DNA of 32,000 nt from Prochlorococcus sp. MIT 0801 (GCF_000757865.1 NZ_CP007754.1:1680001-1712000), one strand, 5' to 3'; positions 10,423 to 20,832 are shown, counted from the first letter of the stretch. The notes: a model not told the origin generated them from the letters alone. A program made the numbers and translations.

Positions 10423-10962
10423 TCATTTTTTACGGAAGGGCATTCCCATTTCAGTTAGAAGAGCCTTGCCTTGTTCATCAGAGGAAGCACTGGTCACAAT
10501 TGTGATATCCATACCTCTAATAGTGTCGACTTTGTCAAAAGTAATCTCAGGGAAAATAAGTTGCTCTTTAACTCCAATGGTGTAATTTCCTCGGCCATCA
10601 AAGCTTTTTGGACTCACACCACGAAAATCTCTGATTCTTGGAAGTGCCAGATTTATGAACCTTTCCAAGAATGCATACATGCGATCACCTCTAAGTGTAA
10701 CTGCGCAACCTATTGGCATTCCTTGTCTGATCTTAAAAGTAGCAATTGCTTTCTTTGCTCTTGTCACAAGAGCCTTTTGCCCCGAGATTGTTGCCATTTC
10801 ATTTAGAGAGGCTTCTAAAGCTTTTGAATTCGTTGCTGCTTCACCAAGACCTCTATTTAAAGTGACCTTCTGCACCTTAGGAACTTGATGAACATTTTTC
10901 AGACCAAGATCTTTTAAAAGCTTTGGTCTAATTGTCTCTCGATAACGGGTTTTTAGTGACAT
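10423..10962 (-). CDS. rplE: 50S ribosomal protein L5
   Basis: [15 protein letters not shown]...[27 protein letters not shown]. Confidence 0.95.
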   Translation of the reverse strand: MSLKTRYRETIRPKLLKDLGLKNVHQVPKVQKVTLNRGLGEAATNSKALEASLNEMATISGQKALVTRAKKAIATFKIRQGMPIGCAVTLRGDRMYAFLERFINLALPRIRDFRGVSPKSFDGRGNYTIGVKEQLIFPEITFDKVDTIRGMDITIVTSASSDEQGKALLTEMGMPFRKK

Positions 10963-11051
10963 TGTTGGAAAAAAGTTAATTCTGGTCTTGGTCAGAATTC
11001 AATTGGGAAAAGAAAGTCTGCTTTAGTTAATTGAGACAAAGGAATAGTGAA

Positions 11052-11408
11052 TTAATCAATTAATTCCCCAGTCTTTTTTAATCGTCGTTTCTTTGATCCG
11101 TCTTTATCTACAAAAATCTCAACCTTACTAGCAACTTTTTCTTTAGTTGAGTAGATCATTACATTTGAGGCATGCAAGGAAAATTCTTTGGTTTCTATTC
11201 GACCAGTTTCTCCTTCCTGTGAGGGTTTTACATGCTTTATTCTTTGGTTAATTCCTTGGACTAAAACCCTATTTTCATAGGGAAGTGTTTTAAGGACCTC
11301 ACCAGTTTTACCCTTGTCCTTTCCAGAAATAATCTGAACTGTATCTCCTTTACGGATCTTCATTTTAATCCGATCAGAAGAAGCTTTGGTTTTGTTAATT
11401 GCTGACAT
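11052..11408 (-). CDS. rplX: 50S ribosomal protein L24
   Basis: KOW motif [22 protein letters not shown], in the rplN-rplX-rplE order. Confidence 0.94.
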   Translation of the reverse strand: MSAINKTKASSDRIKMKIRKGDTVQIISGKDKGKTGEVLKTLPYENRVLVQGINQRIKHVKPSQEGETGRIETKEFSLHASNVMIYSTKEKVASKVEIFVDKDGSKKRRLKKTGELID

Positions 11409-11410
11409 GA

Positions 11411-11776
11411 CTAAATAACCTCCGGAGCTAAAGAGACAATTTTAGTAAAGTTACGCTCTCTTAATTCTCGAGCGACGGGTCCAAATACCCTCGTCCCTCT
11501 TGGGTTTTGATCCTCATTGATAAGAACGGCAGCGTTGTCATCAAAGCGAATTGAATTTCCAGTCTCTCTACGCATTGTTGCTCTAGTCCTAACAACAACC
11601 GCTTTAACGACATCTGATTTTTTTACTCCCATATTTGGCATCGCATCTTTAACAGAAGCAACAATTACATCGCCTACGTGGGCATAACGGCGATTAGAAC
11701 CTAAGACCCTTATACATTGCAAACGCTTTGCGCCACTATTATCTGCAACGGTTAAGAATGTTTCTTGCTGAATCAT
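11411..11776 (-). CDS. rplN: 50S ribosomal protein L14
   Basis: [17 protein letters not shown]...[11 protein letters not shown]. Confidence 0.96.
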   Translation of the reverse strand: MIQQETFLTVADNSGAKRLQCIRVLGSNRRYAHVGDVIVASVKDAMPNMGVKKSDVVKAVVVRTRATMRRETGNSIRFDDNAAVLINEDQNPRGTRVFGPVARELRERNFTKIVSLAPEVI

Positions 11777-12039
11777 TTTGCAGCCTCCTTAGATTTCATA
11801 CCCTGAACGAGAACATCTGTAACCGTCCATCGTTTGTGAGCGCTGATAGGAGGAGACTCTTTAATCCGAACTCTGTCTCCCACTTTGCAATGATTTTCTG
11901 CGTCATGGGCTTTATATCTAGTCGTACGACTAATAATTTTTTGGTAGATAGGATGTGGAAATCTGTTTTCCACAGCAACAACTACTGTTTTTTGCATTTT
12001 GTCACTGACAACAGTGCCGACCATTTCTTTAAGTGCCAT
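11773..12039 (-). CDS. rpsQ: 30S ribosomal protein S17
   Basis: [17 protein letters not shown]...[25 protein letters not shown]. There is a 4-nt overlap with the rplN start. Confidence 0.94.
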   Translation of the reverse strand: MALKEMVGTVVSDKMQKTVVVAVENRFPHPIYQKIISRTTRYKAHDAENHCKVGDRVRIKESPPISAHKRWTVTDVLVQGMKSKEAAK

Positions 12040-12049
12040 AACTAAAAAA

Positions 12050-12262
12050 TCAAGATGTTGAGTTGGAGCGGCTTCGCTCGTTAGAAACCGTTAAAAGTTG
12101 GGCCAATTCGGTTCGTACCTCTTTAAAACGGTGAGTTTTAGCTAGCTGTCTAGTGGCTTGCTTGAAACGAAGATCAAAAAGTTCTTTCCGAAGATTTTGA
12201 ATCTTGTCTGATATCTCGGAATCCGAGAGATTCCGTAAATCTTTTGTAGTTGTTTTACTCAT
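12050..12262 (-). CDS. rpmC: 50S ribosomal protein L29
   Basis: 70 aa with [17 protein letters not shown], located between rplP and rpsQ. Confidence 0.92.
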   Translation of the reverse strand: MSKTTTKDLRNLSDSEISDKIQNLRKELFDLRFKQATRQLAKTHRFKEVRTELAQLLTVSNERSRSNSTS

Positions 12263-12744
12263 GTTGATGGCTCCGAATCATCTGCTGTAACTGGCGTTTT
12301 AACAGGTTTATAATTTCCCTTGTTGAGATCTTTCTCTAGGGAAATAAATTTTGTTTTTACAGGCAACTTGTATTGAGCAAGGCGCATTGCCTCTTTTGCA
12401 ATTTCCTCTGTAATATCTTCTCCACCCATTTCAAACAAGATTCGACCAGGTTTGACAACTGCAACCCAAAATTCTGGATTACCTTTACCAGATCCCATTC
12501 TTGTTTCAGCAGGTCTCATCGTTACTGGCTTATCGGGGAAGATACGAATCCAAATCTGTCCTCCCCTTTTTACATAACGAGTCATTGCTCGTCGACTTGC
12601 CTCAATTTGCCTTGAGGTGACCCATCCACAGTCTTGAGCTTGCAATGCAAACTGGCCAAAAGCGATTTTGTTGCCTCGAGTTGCAACACCGCGCATACGG
12701 CCTCTTTGTTGTTTACGAAATTTGGTTCTTTTTGGGCTAAGCAT
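12259..12744 (-). CDS. rplP: 50S ribosomal protein L16
   Basis: [18 protein letters not shown]...[18 protein letters not shown]. Confidence 0.96.
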   Translation of the reverse strand: MLSPKRTKFRKQQRGRMRGVATRGNKIAFGQFALQAQDCGWVTSRQIEASRRAMTRYVKRGGQIWIRIFPDKPVTMRPAETRMGSGKGNPEFWVAVVKPGRILFEMGGEDITEEIAKEAMRLAQYKLPVKTKFISLEKDLNKGNYKPVKTPVTADDSEPST

Positions 12745-12756
12745 GGTTAAAACTCC

Positions 12757-13491
12757 TTATTTACCTTCATTGGAACGATCCTCAAATTGTGGAGGCCGTC
12801 GATTTCCCCTAGTGCGTCGAGGAGAAGATCCGACTGGCAAGGGTTGTTCTTCTTTAGGAAGAACTTCGCCTTTGAAAACCCATACTTTGATTCCTAAAAC
12901 GCCATAGGTTGTAGTAGCTACTTTGGTTGCGTAATCGATCTCAGCTCTCAAAGTGTGGAGGGGAACTCTCCCTTCGCGTGTCCATTCAGAACGCGCTATT
13001 TCAGCACCATTCAACCTTCCACCAACTTGTATTTTTAGACCTAAAACACCAGCTCTTTGTGCTCTTTGAACGGCCATTCGAATTGTTCGTCTAAAAGCAA
13101 CACGCTTTTCAAGTTGCTGCGCAATATATTCAGCCAGTAGATAAGCATCAGCATCAACTTTTTCTACTTCAACTACATTTATGCGGACTTGTCTATTTCT
13201 ATCACCAATTGTTTTTTGAATACCCGATCTGAGTTCTTCAATCCCACTTCCTTGCCTACCAACAATTACTCCAGGCCTAGCAGTTTTCAATTCAACCTCA
13301 AGTTGATCTGCCTTGCGGGCAATCAATACATCACTTATGCCTGCTGCTCCATATTTTTTCTTGATGAAAGTTCGGATCCGATCATCTTCTTGCAGCAATA
13401 ATGGATAAGTTTTACTTGGTGCGTACCATTTAGAACGATGTTCTTGGGTAATACCAAGCCTAATTCCGGTAGGATGAATTTTATGTCCCAT
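12757..13491 (-). CDS. rpsC: 30S ribosomal protein S3
   Basis: [18 protein letters not shown]. with a KH domain and [26 protein letters not shown]. Confidence 0.96.
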   Translation of the reverse strand: MGHKIHPTGIRLGITQEHRSKWYAPSKTYPLLLQEDDRIRTFIKKKYGAAGISDVLIARKADQLEVELKTARPGVIVGRQGSGIEELRSGIQKTIGDRNRQVRINVVEVEKVDADAYLLAEYIAQQLEKRVAFRRTIRMAVQRAQRAGVLGLKIQVGGRLNGAEIARSEWTREGRVPLHTLRAEIDYATKVATTTYGVLGIKVWVFKGEVLPKEEQPLPVGSSPRRTRGNRRPPQFEDRSNEGK

Positions 13492-13871
13492 CAGTCTGAG
13501 TCCTCAGAATTGGTTGATTGAGTGGCTGAAACAGCAATGCTGATGTGGCACGTCTGCTTTTTGATAGCAAATGCTCTACCTTGAGCCCTAGGCCGATAAC
13601 GCTTCATTGGTGGACCCATGTCAGCCGTAGCAGTGGAAATCATCAAAGAAGAAGGGTCAAGTCCAAGATTGTTTTCTGCATTAGCAACAGCTGATCTCAA
13701 AACCTTTGTTATTGGCTCAGTTGATCGATAAGGCATGAATTCGAGCATAATTAATGCATCCCTGTAAGTTCTTCCTCTTATTTGATCAAGAACACGACGT
13801 ACTTTTGAAGCAGATCCGCGGATGTAACGACCATGAGCTTGAGCTGTCGTTTTAGTAGATGAGTTAGTCAT
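13491..13871 (-). CDS. rplV: 50S ribosomal protein L22
   Basis: [21 protein letters not shown]...[14 protein letters not shown]. It shares 1 nt with the rpsC start (TGATG). Confidence 0.94.
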   Translation of the reverse strand: MTNSSTKTTAQAHGRYIRGSASKVRRVLDQIRGRTYRDALIMLEFMPYRSTEPITKVLRSAVANAENNLGLDPSSLMISTATADMGPPMKRYRPRAQGRAFAIKKQTCHISIAVSATQSTNSEDSD

Positions 13872-13873
13872 GA

Positions 13874-14149
13874 TTAGCGTGCACCTTTTTTATCTCTGAT
13901 GTGACCTCTGTAGGTTCGAGTTGGGGCAAACTCACCTAATTTGTGTCCAACCATTTGCTCAGTTATAAAAACAGGTATGTGGCTCTTTCCATTGTGAACA
14001 GCAATTGTGTGGCCAATCATCAATGGCAGAATTGTTGAGGCTCTTGACCATGTTTTGATGACAGCTTTATCGTCATTAGAATTTTGCTTCTCGATTTTAC
14101 GAAGCAAACTGTCTGAAATAAAAGGCCCTTTTTTGAGTGAACGTCCCAT
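13874..14149 (-). CDS. rpsS: 30S ribosomal protein S19
   Basis: [11 protein letters not shown]...[22 protein letters not shown]. Confidence 0.96.
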
Positions 14150-14184
14150 AACGGTTTAAAAGAATTGATGAAGAAAGATAGAAA

Positions 14185-15048
14185 TCATGAATCGCGACCT
14201 CCTCTACTCCGTTTAGATACTTTGCGTCGTTTTCGAAGTACGTACTTATTACTTGGCTTATTCTTCTTCCTAGTTTTCAAGCCAAGAGCAGCTTTACCCC
14301 AAGGGGTTACAGGACCAGCACGTCCAACAGGTGCTTTTCCCTCTCCACCTCCATGAGGGTGATCACATGGATTCATGACACTTCCTCTAACTTGAGGTCG
14401 TCTTCCAAGCCATCTTCTTCTTCCAGCTTTTCCAAGACTCGTATTTCTAATTTCTGAGTTACCAACCTCTCCAAGTGTGGCGTAACATTCTTTTCTAACT
14501 AAACGAACTTCAGTTGAAGGTAATTTCAATGCAACATAATCCCCTTCTTTAGCCATGACTTGGGCGCTGGCTCCAGCTGTACGAACCATCTGCCCGCCTC
14601 GACCTGGATACAGCTCAACACAATGAACGCTCGAACCTAAAGGCATTGAAGAAAGTGGTAAAGCATTACCAGTTTCAATTGGTGCATCTGGACCTGAAAT
14701 AACTTCTTGCCCAACTGTTATGTCCGCAGGTGCAAGTATGTATCTCTTTTCACCATCAGAGTAGAAAAGTAGAGCAAGTCTTGCATTCCGATGCGGGTCA
14801 TAATGTATTGCCGCAACTTTGGCCGATACACCATGTTTATTTCGACGAAAATCAACAATCCGATATAACCTCTTGTGCCCTCCTCCTCTATGTCGACAAG
14901 TAATTACTCCTCTATTGTTGCGCCCTTTTTTTCGATGTTTAGATACGACAAGTGAGCGTTCAGGTTTACTGGATGTAACTTCACTAAAGTCAGTTACGAC
15001 TCTTGTACGAGTACCAGGTGTGTAAGGTTTGAAACTTCTTATTGCCAT
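14185..15048 (-). CDS. rplB: 50S ribosomal protein L2
   Basis: [21 protein letters not shown]...[12 protein letters not shown]. Confidence 0.96.
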   Translation of the reverse strand: MAIRSFKPYTPGTRTRVVTDFSEVTSSKPERSLVVSKHRKKGRNNRGVITCRHRGGGHKRLYRIVDFRRNKHGVSAKVAAIHYDPHRNARLALLFYSDGEKRYILAPADITVGQEVISGPDAPIETGNALPLSSMPLGSSVHCVELYPGRGGQMVRTAGASAQVMAKEGDYVALKLPSTEVRLVRKECYATLGEVGNSEIRNTSLGKAGRRRWLGRRPQVRGSVMNPCDHPHGGGEGKAPVGRAGPVTPWGKAALGLKTRKKNKPSNKYVLRKRRKVSKRSRGGRDS

Positions 15049-15052
15049 TGTT

Positions 15053-15364
15053 TTAAGCCTCCTCTGATTCTGGGAACAACTGTATAGAGTTGCCTTCTGC
15101 CAGGCGGACTACAGCCTTCTTCACTTGAGGTCTCTTTCCAGAAAACCTACCAACTCGCCTGCTTTTTCTTGGTGGGTTCATAGTACTAATACCAAGAACC
15201 TTGACATCAAACATTTTTTCTACAGCAGCTTTTATGTCAGGCTTAGCTGCCCTGGGATCGACTTCAAAAGTATACTGATTTAAATCCAAAGCTTTTGTGG
15301 CCTTCTCAGTTATCAAAGGACGCTTAATCACATCAGTAAGTCGTTTATCAAAAAATTTAGTCAT
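15053..15364 (-). CDS. rplW: 50S ribosomal protein L23
   Basis: [11 protein letters not shown]......YTFEVD..A.K..IK.AVE..F.VKV. Confidence 0.94.
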   Translation of the reverse strand: MTKFFDKRLTDVIKRPLITEKATKALDLNQYTFEVDPRAAKPDIKAAVEKMFDVKVLGISTMNPPRKSRRVGRFSGKRPQVKKAVVRLAEGNSIQLFPESEEA

Positions 15365-15995
15365 TACTATAGACCTCCTTAATGGTTGATAATGCGTCTT
15401 CGCCTATTACCAAAGAATTGGCATTGAGAAGATCAAAAACATTTAATTGATCAGCAGAGATAAGCTTTACTTTCTCTAAGTTTTTAATTGAGCGCTTTAT
15501 AATTTCAGTTGGTTTATTGAGAATAATAAGAATTTTCCCATCAGAATCAATTCCAACTCGCTTAAGTAGAGCAACAATTTCACTTGTTTTAGGAACTTCA
15601 AGCTTTGAACCGAAGTCTTTAATTATTTTTGTGTCTGAAATTCTACTCATTAGAGCAGTACGAAGAGCTAGTCTTCGTTCCTTCCTATTCATTTCCAAGT
15701 TATATTTGCGAGGCTTAGGGCCAAATATAATTCCACCTCCTGGTCGAAGAGGAGTTCTAATTGAGCCTTGTCTTGCTCTACCAGTACCCTTTTGCTTGTA
15801 GGGTTTTCGCCCACCTCCTCGAACCTCAGACCTAGTCAAAGTGCTTGCGGTACCTTGACGGCTGTGAGCCTGTTGACGCAAAACAGCACGATGTAATAAA
15901 TCTGCTGCTGAGGAATCCTTAGCGGTTTTCAAATCAATTGATGATTCTCCAGCCTCTTTTCCTTGCCAATCAAGAACAGTACAGTTAGTCATCAT
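15357..15995 (-). CDS. rplD: 50S ribosomal protein L4
   Basis: [30 protein letters not shown]....GG..FGPKPR. Its ATG overlaps the rplC stop (ATGA). Confidence 0.95.
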   Translation of the reverse strand: MMTNCTVLDWQGKEAGESSIDLKTAKDSSAADLLHRAVLRQQAHSRQGTASTLTRSEVRGGGRKPYKQKGTGRARQGSIRTPLRPGGGIIFGPKPRKYNLEMNRKERRLALRTALMSRISDTKIIKDFGSKLEVPKTSEIVALLKRVGIDSDGKILIILNKPTEIIKRSIKNLEKVKLISADQLNVFDLLNANSLVIGEDALSTIKEVYSND

Positions 15996-16648
15996 TTACC
16001 TCCTTGCTGGGTAGAGACGCCAACTCTTTTGGCTGGTCTTATGTTTAAAAGAGATCCAGGCTTCCCTGGAACGGATCCTTTTACAACCAATAAATTATGA
16101 TTTGTATCTATCTTAAGGATTTCAAGTCCTCTGGTAGTGACTTTTTTACCGCCCATACGACCAGCCATCCTTTTCCCAGGATAAACACGACCTGGAGTTG
16201 TTCCAGCACCTATTGAACCAGGCAATCGATGATTCTTTGAACCGTGACTCATAGGACCTCGGCTAAAACCATGTCGCTTTTGATAACCAGCGAATCCTCT
16301 ACCCATAGTGTCGCCACTAACATCAACTTTTTGACCTTTTTCGAAATCATCAACGGTTATTGAAGCTCCAAGTTCAAATTCACTAGAGTTTTCTACTCGG
16401 TACTCTCGAAGATGACGCAAAAGGTCATTTCCTGATTTAGCAAGGTGACCTTTTGAAGGTTTGTTAATAAGTTTTTCACGAATCAACTGAAAACCTATCT
16501 GTACAGAAGCATAGCCATCCGTATCAGCAGATTTCAATTGAGTGATTCGACAGGGACCCGCTTCGATCAAAGTGACTGGAACGGCTCTGCCTTGATCATC
16601 GAAGAGTTGGGACATACCCAACTTCTTACCTAAGATTCCTAAAGACAT
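15992..16648 (-). CDS. rplC: 50S ribosomal protein L3 (first gene of the cluster)
   Basis: [15 protein letters not shown]...PVT.IEAGPC...[10 protein letters not shown]. Confidence 0.96.
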   Translation of the reverse strand: MSLGILGKKLGMSQLFDDQGRAVPVTLIEAGPCRITQLKSADTDGYASVQIGFQLIREKLINKPSKGHLAKSGNDLLRHLREYRVENSSEFELGASITVDDFEKGQKVDVSGDTMGRGFAGYQKRHGFSRGPMSHGSKNHRLPGSIGAGTTPGRVYPGKRMAGRMGGKKVTTRGLEILKIDTNHNLLVVKGSVPGKPGSLLNIRPAKRVGVSTQQGGK

Positions 16649-17018
16649 GAGTTAAATAAACGCCAGCAAAAGGTCAATCATCTGTAAGGAGAAAGACTTG
16701 AAATCTGAATTAAATCGCCTATCTAGCCAAAAAAGTTGAAATTAATTGAAGTTCAATTTATTTGGAAATGCTAGCGACAATCAGTTGGCTGAGACTTTTT
16801 TAAACTTGTCGCAAAGTTCAAATAGTATCTCGACATAAGAAAATTAATTCTTCTGTACTGGCCAAAAAGACTAAACGCAAACGTCTAATCTGCTCAAGCA
16901 TCCAGAGGCCCGGCTAGCGGGCGGGCATAAAAAAGCTTTAGCAACTTAAAAGATTACACTATTAACACCCATTTTGTGTGATGCTTCACTTGAATAAGAG
17001 AAAAAATTTGATTTAAGG

Positions 17019-17483
17019 ATGCCTTTATTACTCTCTGGACAGAAATTTCGCACTGATCTTGAATCATTCGGCTGCCTTGCCATCCTTTGTCCATTAGAAG
17101 GAGGAGCAGAAACTCGTTTACTTCGAAGACTAAGAGCTAGTGGCTATCAAACACAGATAACTTCCTCTCGAGGATTGGGAGATCCTGTTGTCTTTCTTAC
17201 CCAATTACATGGAATCCGACCACCACATTTGGGACATCAAAATGTTGGGAGAAATGGTGCCTTAGGGGAAGTTCAACAAGTTATTCCTCAATTAAATGAA
17301 TTGTTAGTCGAAGATAAACCCTTAGTTCTATGGTTATTAGAAGGTCAAGTCTTATCTAAGTCGGAACTATTAGCAATAAATAATCTCTGCCAAAATGAAT
17401 CTCGTATAAAAATTGTTATTGAAATGGGTGGGGCTCGAAGTATTAAATGGCAACCATTAAATGAATTCATCAATAAGGATTAG
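17019..17483 (+). CDS. ndhN: NAD(P)H-quinone oxidoreductase (NDH-1) subunit N
   Basis: The cyanobacterial NdhN pattern is present: PLEGG.E.R..RRLRA.GY......RGLGD...FL...HG.RPPHLG..N.G...VLW.LEG..LS..EL. Confidence 0.85.
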   Translation: MPLLLSGQKFRTDLESFGCLAILCPLEGGAETRLLRRLRASGYQTQITSSRGLGDPVVFLTQLHGIRPPHLGHQNVGRNGALGEVQQVIPQLNELLVEDKPLVLWLLEGQVLSKSELLAINNLCQNESRIKIVIEMGGARSIKWQPLNEFINKD

Positions 17484-17495
17484 AAATTCATCAAG

Positions 17496-18518
17496 GTGAT
17501 CAATCAAAATTCAACTTGCAATTCGGAAGCTCTTAAAAAAGGTAACTGGGTAAAATTAATCTGTGGTGCAAGTAATCAAGATTTACCTTCAATAAATGAT
17601 CTTTGCTCAATTTATGGAGCTGCAGGGGTGCATTGCATTGACCTCGCTGCCGACGAAGCTGTTGTCCATGCAGCTCGCGATGCTATTGATTGGGTTTTCG
17701 AAACTTATGGAAAAAGACCATGGCTGATGATCAGTTTAAGTGATGGGAAGGATTCACATTTTCGCAAAGCTTGGTTTAATCCAGACCTATGTCCATCGAA
17801 CTGCTTAAGGCCCTGTCAAAATATTTGTCCGGCTCACGCGATTGAACACGCAGGTGGTGTAAATGCTAAAAAATGCTATGGATGTGGCCGATGTATTGAT
17901 ACATGCCCGTTAGGTATCATTCAAGAAAAAGATCGAAGATTAACTCTTAGAGATTTCGCTCCATTGTTAACGACTATCAAACCAGATGCAGTAGAAATTC
18001 ATACTGCTCCAGGAAGAGGAAAAGAATTTGAAAAAACAATCAAGGAAATTTTCAAAGCCGACCTGCAGCTAAAGCGATTATCTGTTAGTTGCGGTTTACA
18101 AGGGCATGGGATAAACCATGAACAATTAGCAGAAGAACTTTGGCTTCGACATAAATTCCTGAGAATTCATAATCAAAAACCGCTTTGGCAAATTGATGGG
18201 CGTCGAATGAGTGGTGATCTCGGAGCAGGTGCGGCCAAAATCGCCGTAAAACTTTGGGAAAGGATACGCCCGATAGCTCCCCCAGGCCCCTTGCAACTTG
18301 CTGGAGGGACTAATGAATCGACAATTAAGTACCTCCCAGAGATTAAAGGACCTGAAGGAGTCGCTTTTGGAGGGAAAGCAAGAAAGATAATCCAACCATG
18401 GTTAGAAGAGGCCCAACGAAAAAGAATTAGTCTTAGAGAGTGGCCTGAAGGCTGGGAGGCGGCTCTTGCAGAGGCGAAACGACTTATAAATCCTTGGCTT
18501 ATCAGAAAATCTTTATAA
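17496..18518 (+). CDS. ldpA: LdpA-like iron-sulfur protein (light-dependent period family), GTG start
   Basis: GNWVKLICGASNQDLP...AAGVHCIDLAADE, plus two Fe-S Cys clusters (CPSNCLRPCQNICP and CYGCGRCIDTCP). It starts 12 nt after ndhN. Confidence 0.8.
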   Translation: MINQNSTCNSEALKKGNWVKLICGASNQDLPSINDLCSIYGAAGVHCIDLAADEAVVHAARDAIDWVFETYGKRPWLMISLSDGKDSHFRKAWFNPDLCPSNCLRPCQNICPAHAIEHAGGVNAKKCYGCGRCIDTCPLGIIQEKDRRLTLRDFAPLLTTIKPDAVEIHTAPGRGKEFEKTIKEIFKADLQLKRLSVSCGLQGHGINHEQLAEELWLRHKFLRIHNQKPLWQIDGRRMSGDLGAGAAKIAVKLWERIRPIAPPGPLQLAGGTNESTIKYLPEIKGPEGVAFGGKARKIIQPWLEEAQRKRISLREWPEGWEAALAEAKRLINPWLIRKSL

Positions 18519-18660
18519 TTGGATTTTCCTAGCTAAATCAATCATTCGAAAGCCCACGTTGTGTTGTATTGATGAAGAAATCTTCCGATTAACTAAAAAA
18601 AACTGGATAAAGACATGACAGGATTGAATCAAATATGTAATTATCTAAGAGTAAAGAGTT

Positions 18661-18695
18661 CAAATCTATGGCTCTCAATTGCAAACATAGATTTG
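18661..18695. repeat. perfect 10-bp inverted repeat (CAAATCTATG / CATAGATTTG) with a 15-nt loop, 6 nt upstream of tRNA-Gln
   Basis: Read directly from the sequence. The arms are 18661-18670 and 18686-18695. Confidence 0.6.
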
Positions 18696-18701
18696 GAGCA
18701 A

Positions 18702-18773
18702 TGGGCCGTCGCCAAGTGGTAAGGCATCGGGTTTTGGTCTCGACATTCCTAGGTTCGAATCCTAGCGGCCCAG
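18702..18773 (+). tRNA. trnQ: tRNA-Gln (anticodon UUG)
   Basis: A 72-nt cloverleaf was folded by hand. The acceptor stem is TGGGCCG/CGGCCCA with U1-A72. The D-arm is GCCA-AGTGGTA-AGGC. The anticodon stem is TCGGG/CTCGA with loop TTTTGGT. The T-arm is CTAGG-TTCGAAT-CCTAG, the discriminator is G, and no CCA is encoded. It is very similar to E. coli tRNA-Gln. Confidence 0.9.
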
Positions 18774-18786
18774 TTTCCAACAGTTA

Positions 18787-19566
18787 GTGATAGAGAAACC
18801 TCTACTTGTTCTTGATTTTGATGGTGTCATCGTTGACGGCATTAACGAGTATTGGTCAAGTTCTCGTCAAACTTGTATAAACATACTTTCAGCCAAAGAG
18901 AAAGAAATTATTTCTTTTCCTAGTGAAATTCCCAAAGCTTTTAAGGTCATGAGGCCCTGGGTTCATCATGGTTGGGAAATGGTTATTCTGGCTGCTGAAT
19001 GTTCAAATGAAACTAGCCAATTAAACTTAAAAGGTTTACAAAATTTCTCGAAAAATTATCAAATAGAATGCTCTTTAGCGCTTGAAAAATGGGGTTGGAC
19101 ACCTTTTCAATTACAAGAAGCTTTAAATCAGACTAGAAGAGAGGCAATATCAAATAATTTCAATCAGTGGTTAAATTTCCATCAACCTTTTTCTTTAGTT
19201 ACTGAACGCCTCAAGACACTTGAGAAGGAAGGCATTGAATTTGCCGTTTTAACAACAAAAAGTATTGAGTTCACAAAAAAACTTTTGGATTGTTTCGATC
19301 TTCAGCCAAAGCTCGTTTTCGGTCATGAATCAGGAAGCAAAGTCGATGTCTTGAACCAACTCTTACAGAAAAGAATAATTCGAGGGTTTATTGAAGATAG
19401 AAGAACTACCTTGGAAAAAGTCTTGGAAGATCCCAAGCTGAAATCTATCCCTTGTTACTTAGCAAGCTGGGGATACTTGAAACCTCAGGATAGAAATAAT
19501 CTTCCATCCGGTATTAAATTATTAAATTCAGATTCTTTACGAGAACCTATTTCAAAGTGGTCTTGA
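18787..19566 (+). CDS. HAD-superfamily hydrolase (GTG start)
   Basis: HAD motif I is LVLDFDGVIVDG at the N-terminus. A TTK (motif II-like) block and a later acidic motif are present. The substrate is unknown. Confidence 0.7.
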   Translation: MIEKPLLVLDFDGVIVDGINEYWSSSRQTCINILSAKEKEIISFPSEIPKAFKVMRPWVHHGWEMVILAAECSNETSQLNLKGLQNFSKNYQIECSLALEKWGWTPFQLQEALNQTRREAISNNFNQWLNFHQPFSLVTERLKTLEKEGIEFAVLTTKSIEFTKKLLDCFDLQPKLVFGHESGSKVDVLNQLLQKRIIRGFIEDRRTTLEKVLEDPKLKSIPCYLASWGYLKPQDRNNLPSGIKLLNSDSLREPISKWS

Positions 19567-19574
19567 CTTAATAG

Positions 19575-19588
19575 CGTACGTCTGTACT
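19575..19588. promoter_or_regulatory. LexA (SOS) box-like site upstream of recA
   Basis: CGTACGTCTGTACT matches the cyanobacterial LexA consensus RGTACNNNDGTWCB at 13 of 14 positions. It lies 91 nt upstream of the recA ATG. Confidence 0.4.
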
Positions 19589-19678
19589 ATCGGTTTAATT
19601 GCTTTTCGTTGAGAAACTGAGTATTTCATCATCAATCCCAACGTCTGTTGCTATCCCTCTGAATTAACGTTATTTGTC

Positions 19679-20812
19679 ATGTCAAACGAAGGTAAGTCAC
19701 TCCAGTCAACTGAATCTAAGAAAATAGACGCAAAATCTGGCGAAAAAGAAAAAGCATTGAGCTTAGTCGTTGGGCAAATAGAACGCAATTTCGGGAAAGG
19801 TTCAATCATGCGTCTTGGGGACGCGTCAAAGATGCGGGTAGAGACAATATCTACGGGTGCTTTAACTCTTGATTTAGCTCTTGGTGGTGGCTATCCCAAA
19901 GGACGTGTAATTGAAGTTTATGGTCCCGAAAGTTCTGGAAAAACAACGCTGACATTACATGCGATAGCTGAGATTCAACGTAACGGCGGAGTTGCTGCAT
20001 TTGTAGATGCAGAACATGCTCTTGACCCAGTCTATGCAGCTTCTCTGGGTGTTGATGTAGAGAATCTTCTCGTATCTCAACCAGATACAGGCGAGATGGC
20101 ATTGGAAATCGTTGACCAACTCATTAGATCTGCTGCAGTCGATCTAGTTGTTGTTGATTCAGTCGCTGCACTTACGCCCCGTTCAGAAATAGAAGGCGAA
20201 ATGGGTGATCATTCAGTAGGCGCTCAAGCTCGTCTAATGAGTCAAGCAATGAGAAAAATTACTGGAAATATTGGCAAGTCTGGTTGCACAGTAATTTTCT
20301 TAAATCAATTACGTCTAAAAATTGGTATTACATATGGGAATCCAGAAACAACAACTGGTGGAAACGCTCTTAAATTTTATGCCTCTGTAAGATTAGATAT
20401 TCGTCGTATTCAAACGCTAAAGAGAGGAACTGAAGAATATGGAATTCGTGCAAAAGTGAAAGTCGCAAAGAACAAAGTTGCACCTCCATTCCGAATAGCC
20501 GAATTTGATATTCTTTTTGGAAAAGGAATTAGTACTCTTGGTTGTCTCCTTGATTTAGCAGATGAGACTAATGTCGTTACTCGTAAAGGAGCATGGTATA
20601 GCTATGAAGGTGACAATATTGGGCAAGGAAGAGACAATACCATTACTTGGCTTGAACAAAATCCTGAATCAAAAGAAATAATTGAAAAATTAGTTAAGGA
20701 GAAATTAACCGAGGGCTCAGAAGTAAGTGCTAATTCAATGAGACCATTAGCTGCAGCTGCTCGAAATGCTTCATCACGACCAAACCTAAGCCAAGTTTCA
20801 GCGAACGGTTAA
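19679..20812 (+). CDS. recA: recombinase A
   Basis: [13 protein letters not shown] (Walker A), VVVDSVAAL, and the L2 region [38 protein letters not shown]. Confidence 0.97.
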   Translation: MSNEGKSLQSTESKKIDAKSGEKEKALSLVVGQIERNFGKGSIMRLGDASKMRVETISTGALTLDLALGGGYPKGRVIEVYGPESSGKTTLTLHAIAEIQRNGGVAAFVDAEHALDPVYAASLGVDVENLLVSQPDTGEMALEIVDQLIRSAAVDLVVVDSVAALTPRSEIEGEMGDHSVGAQARLMSQAMRKITGNIGKSGCTVIFLNQLRLKIGITYGNPETTTGGNALKFYASVRLDIRRIQTLKRGTEEYGIRAKVKVAKNKVAPPFRIAEFDILFGKGISTLGCLLDLADETNVVTRKGAWYSYEGDNIGQGRDNTITWLEQNPESKEIIEKLVKEKLTEGSEVSANSMRPLAAAARNASSRPNLSQVSANG

Positions 20813-20832
20813 AGGAAACAAGATACTTAGCT

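Noticed and set aside
18589-18780. A 63-aa minus-strand ORF (METGPLGFEPRNVETK...).
   Set aside because: Its 5' third is the reverse complement of the tRNA-Gln gene, and GFEPR is the usual T-arm translation artefact. The rest is AT-rich spacer.
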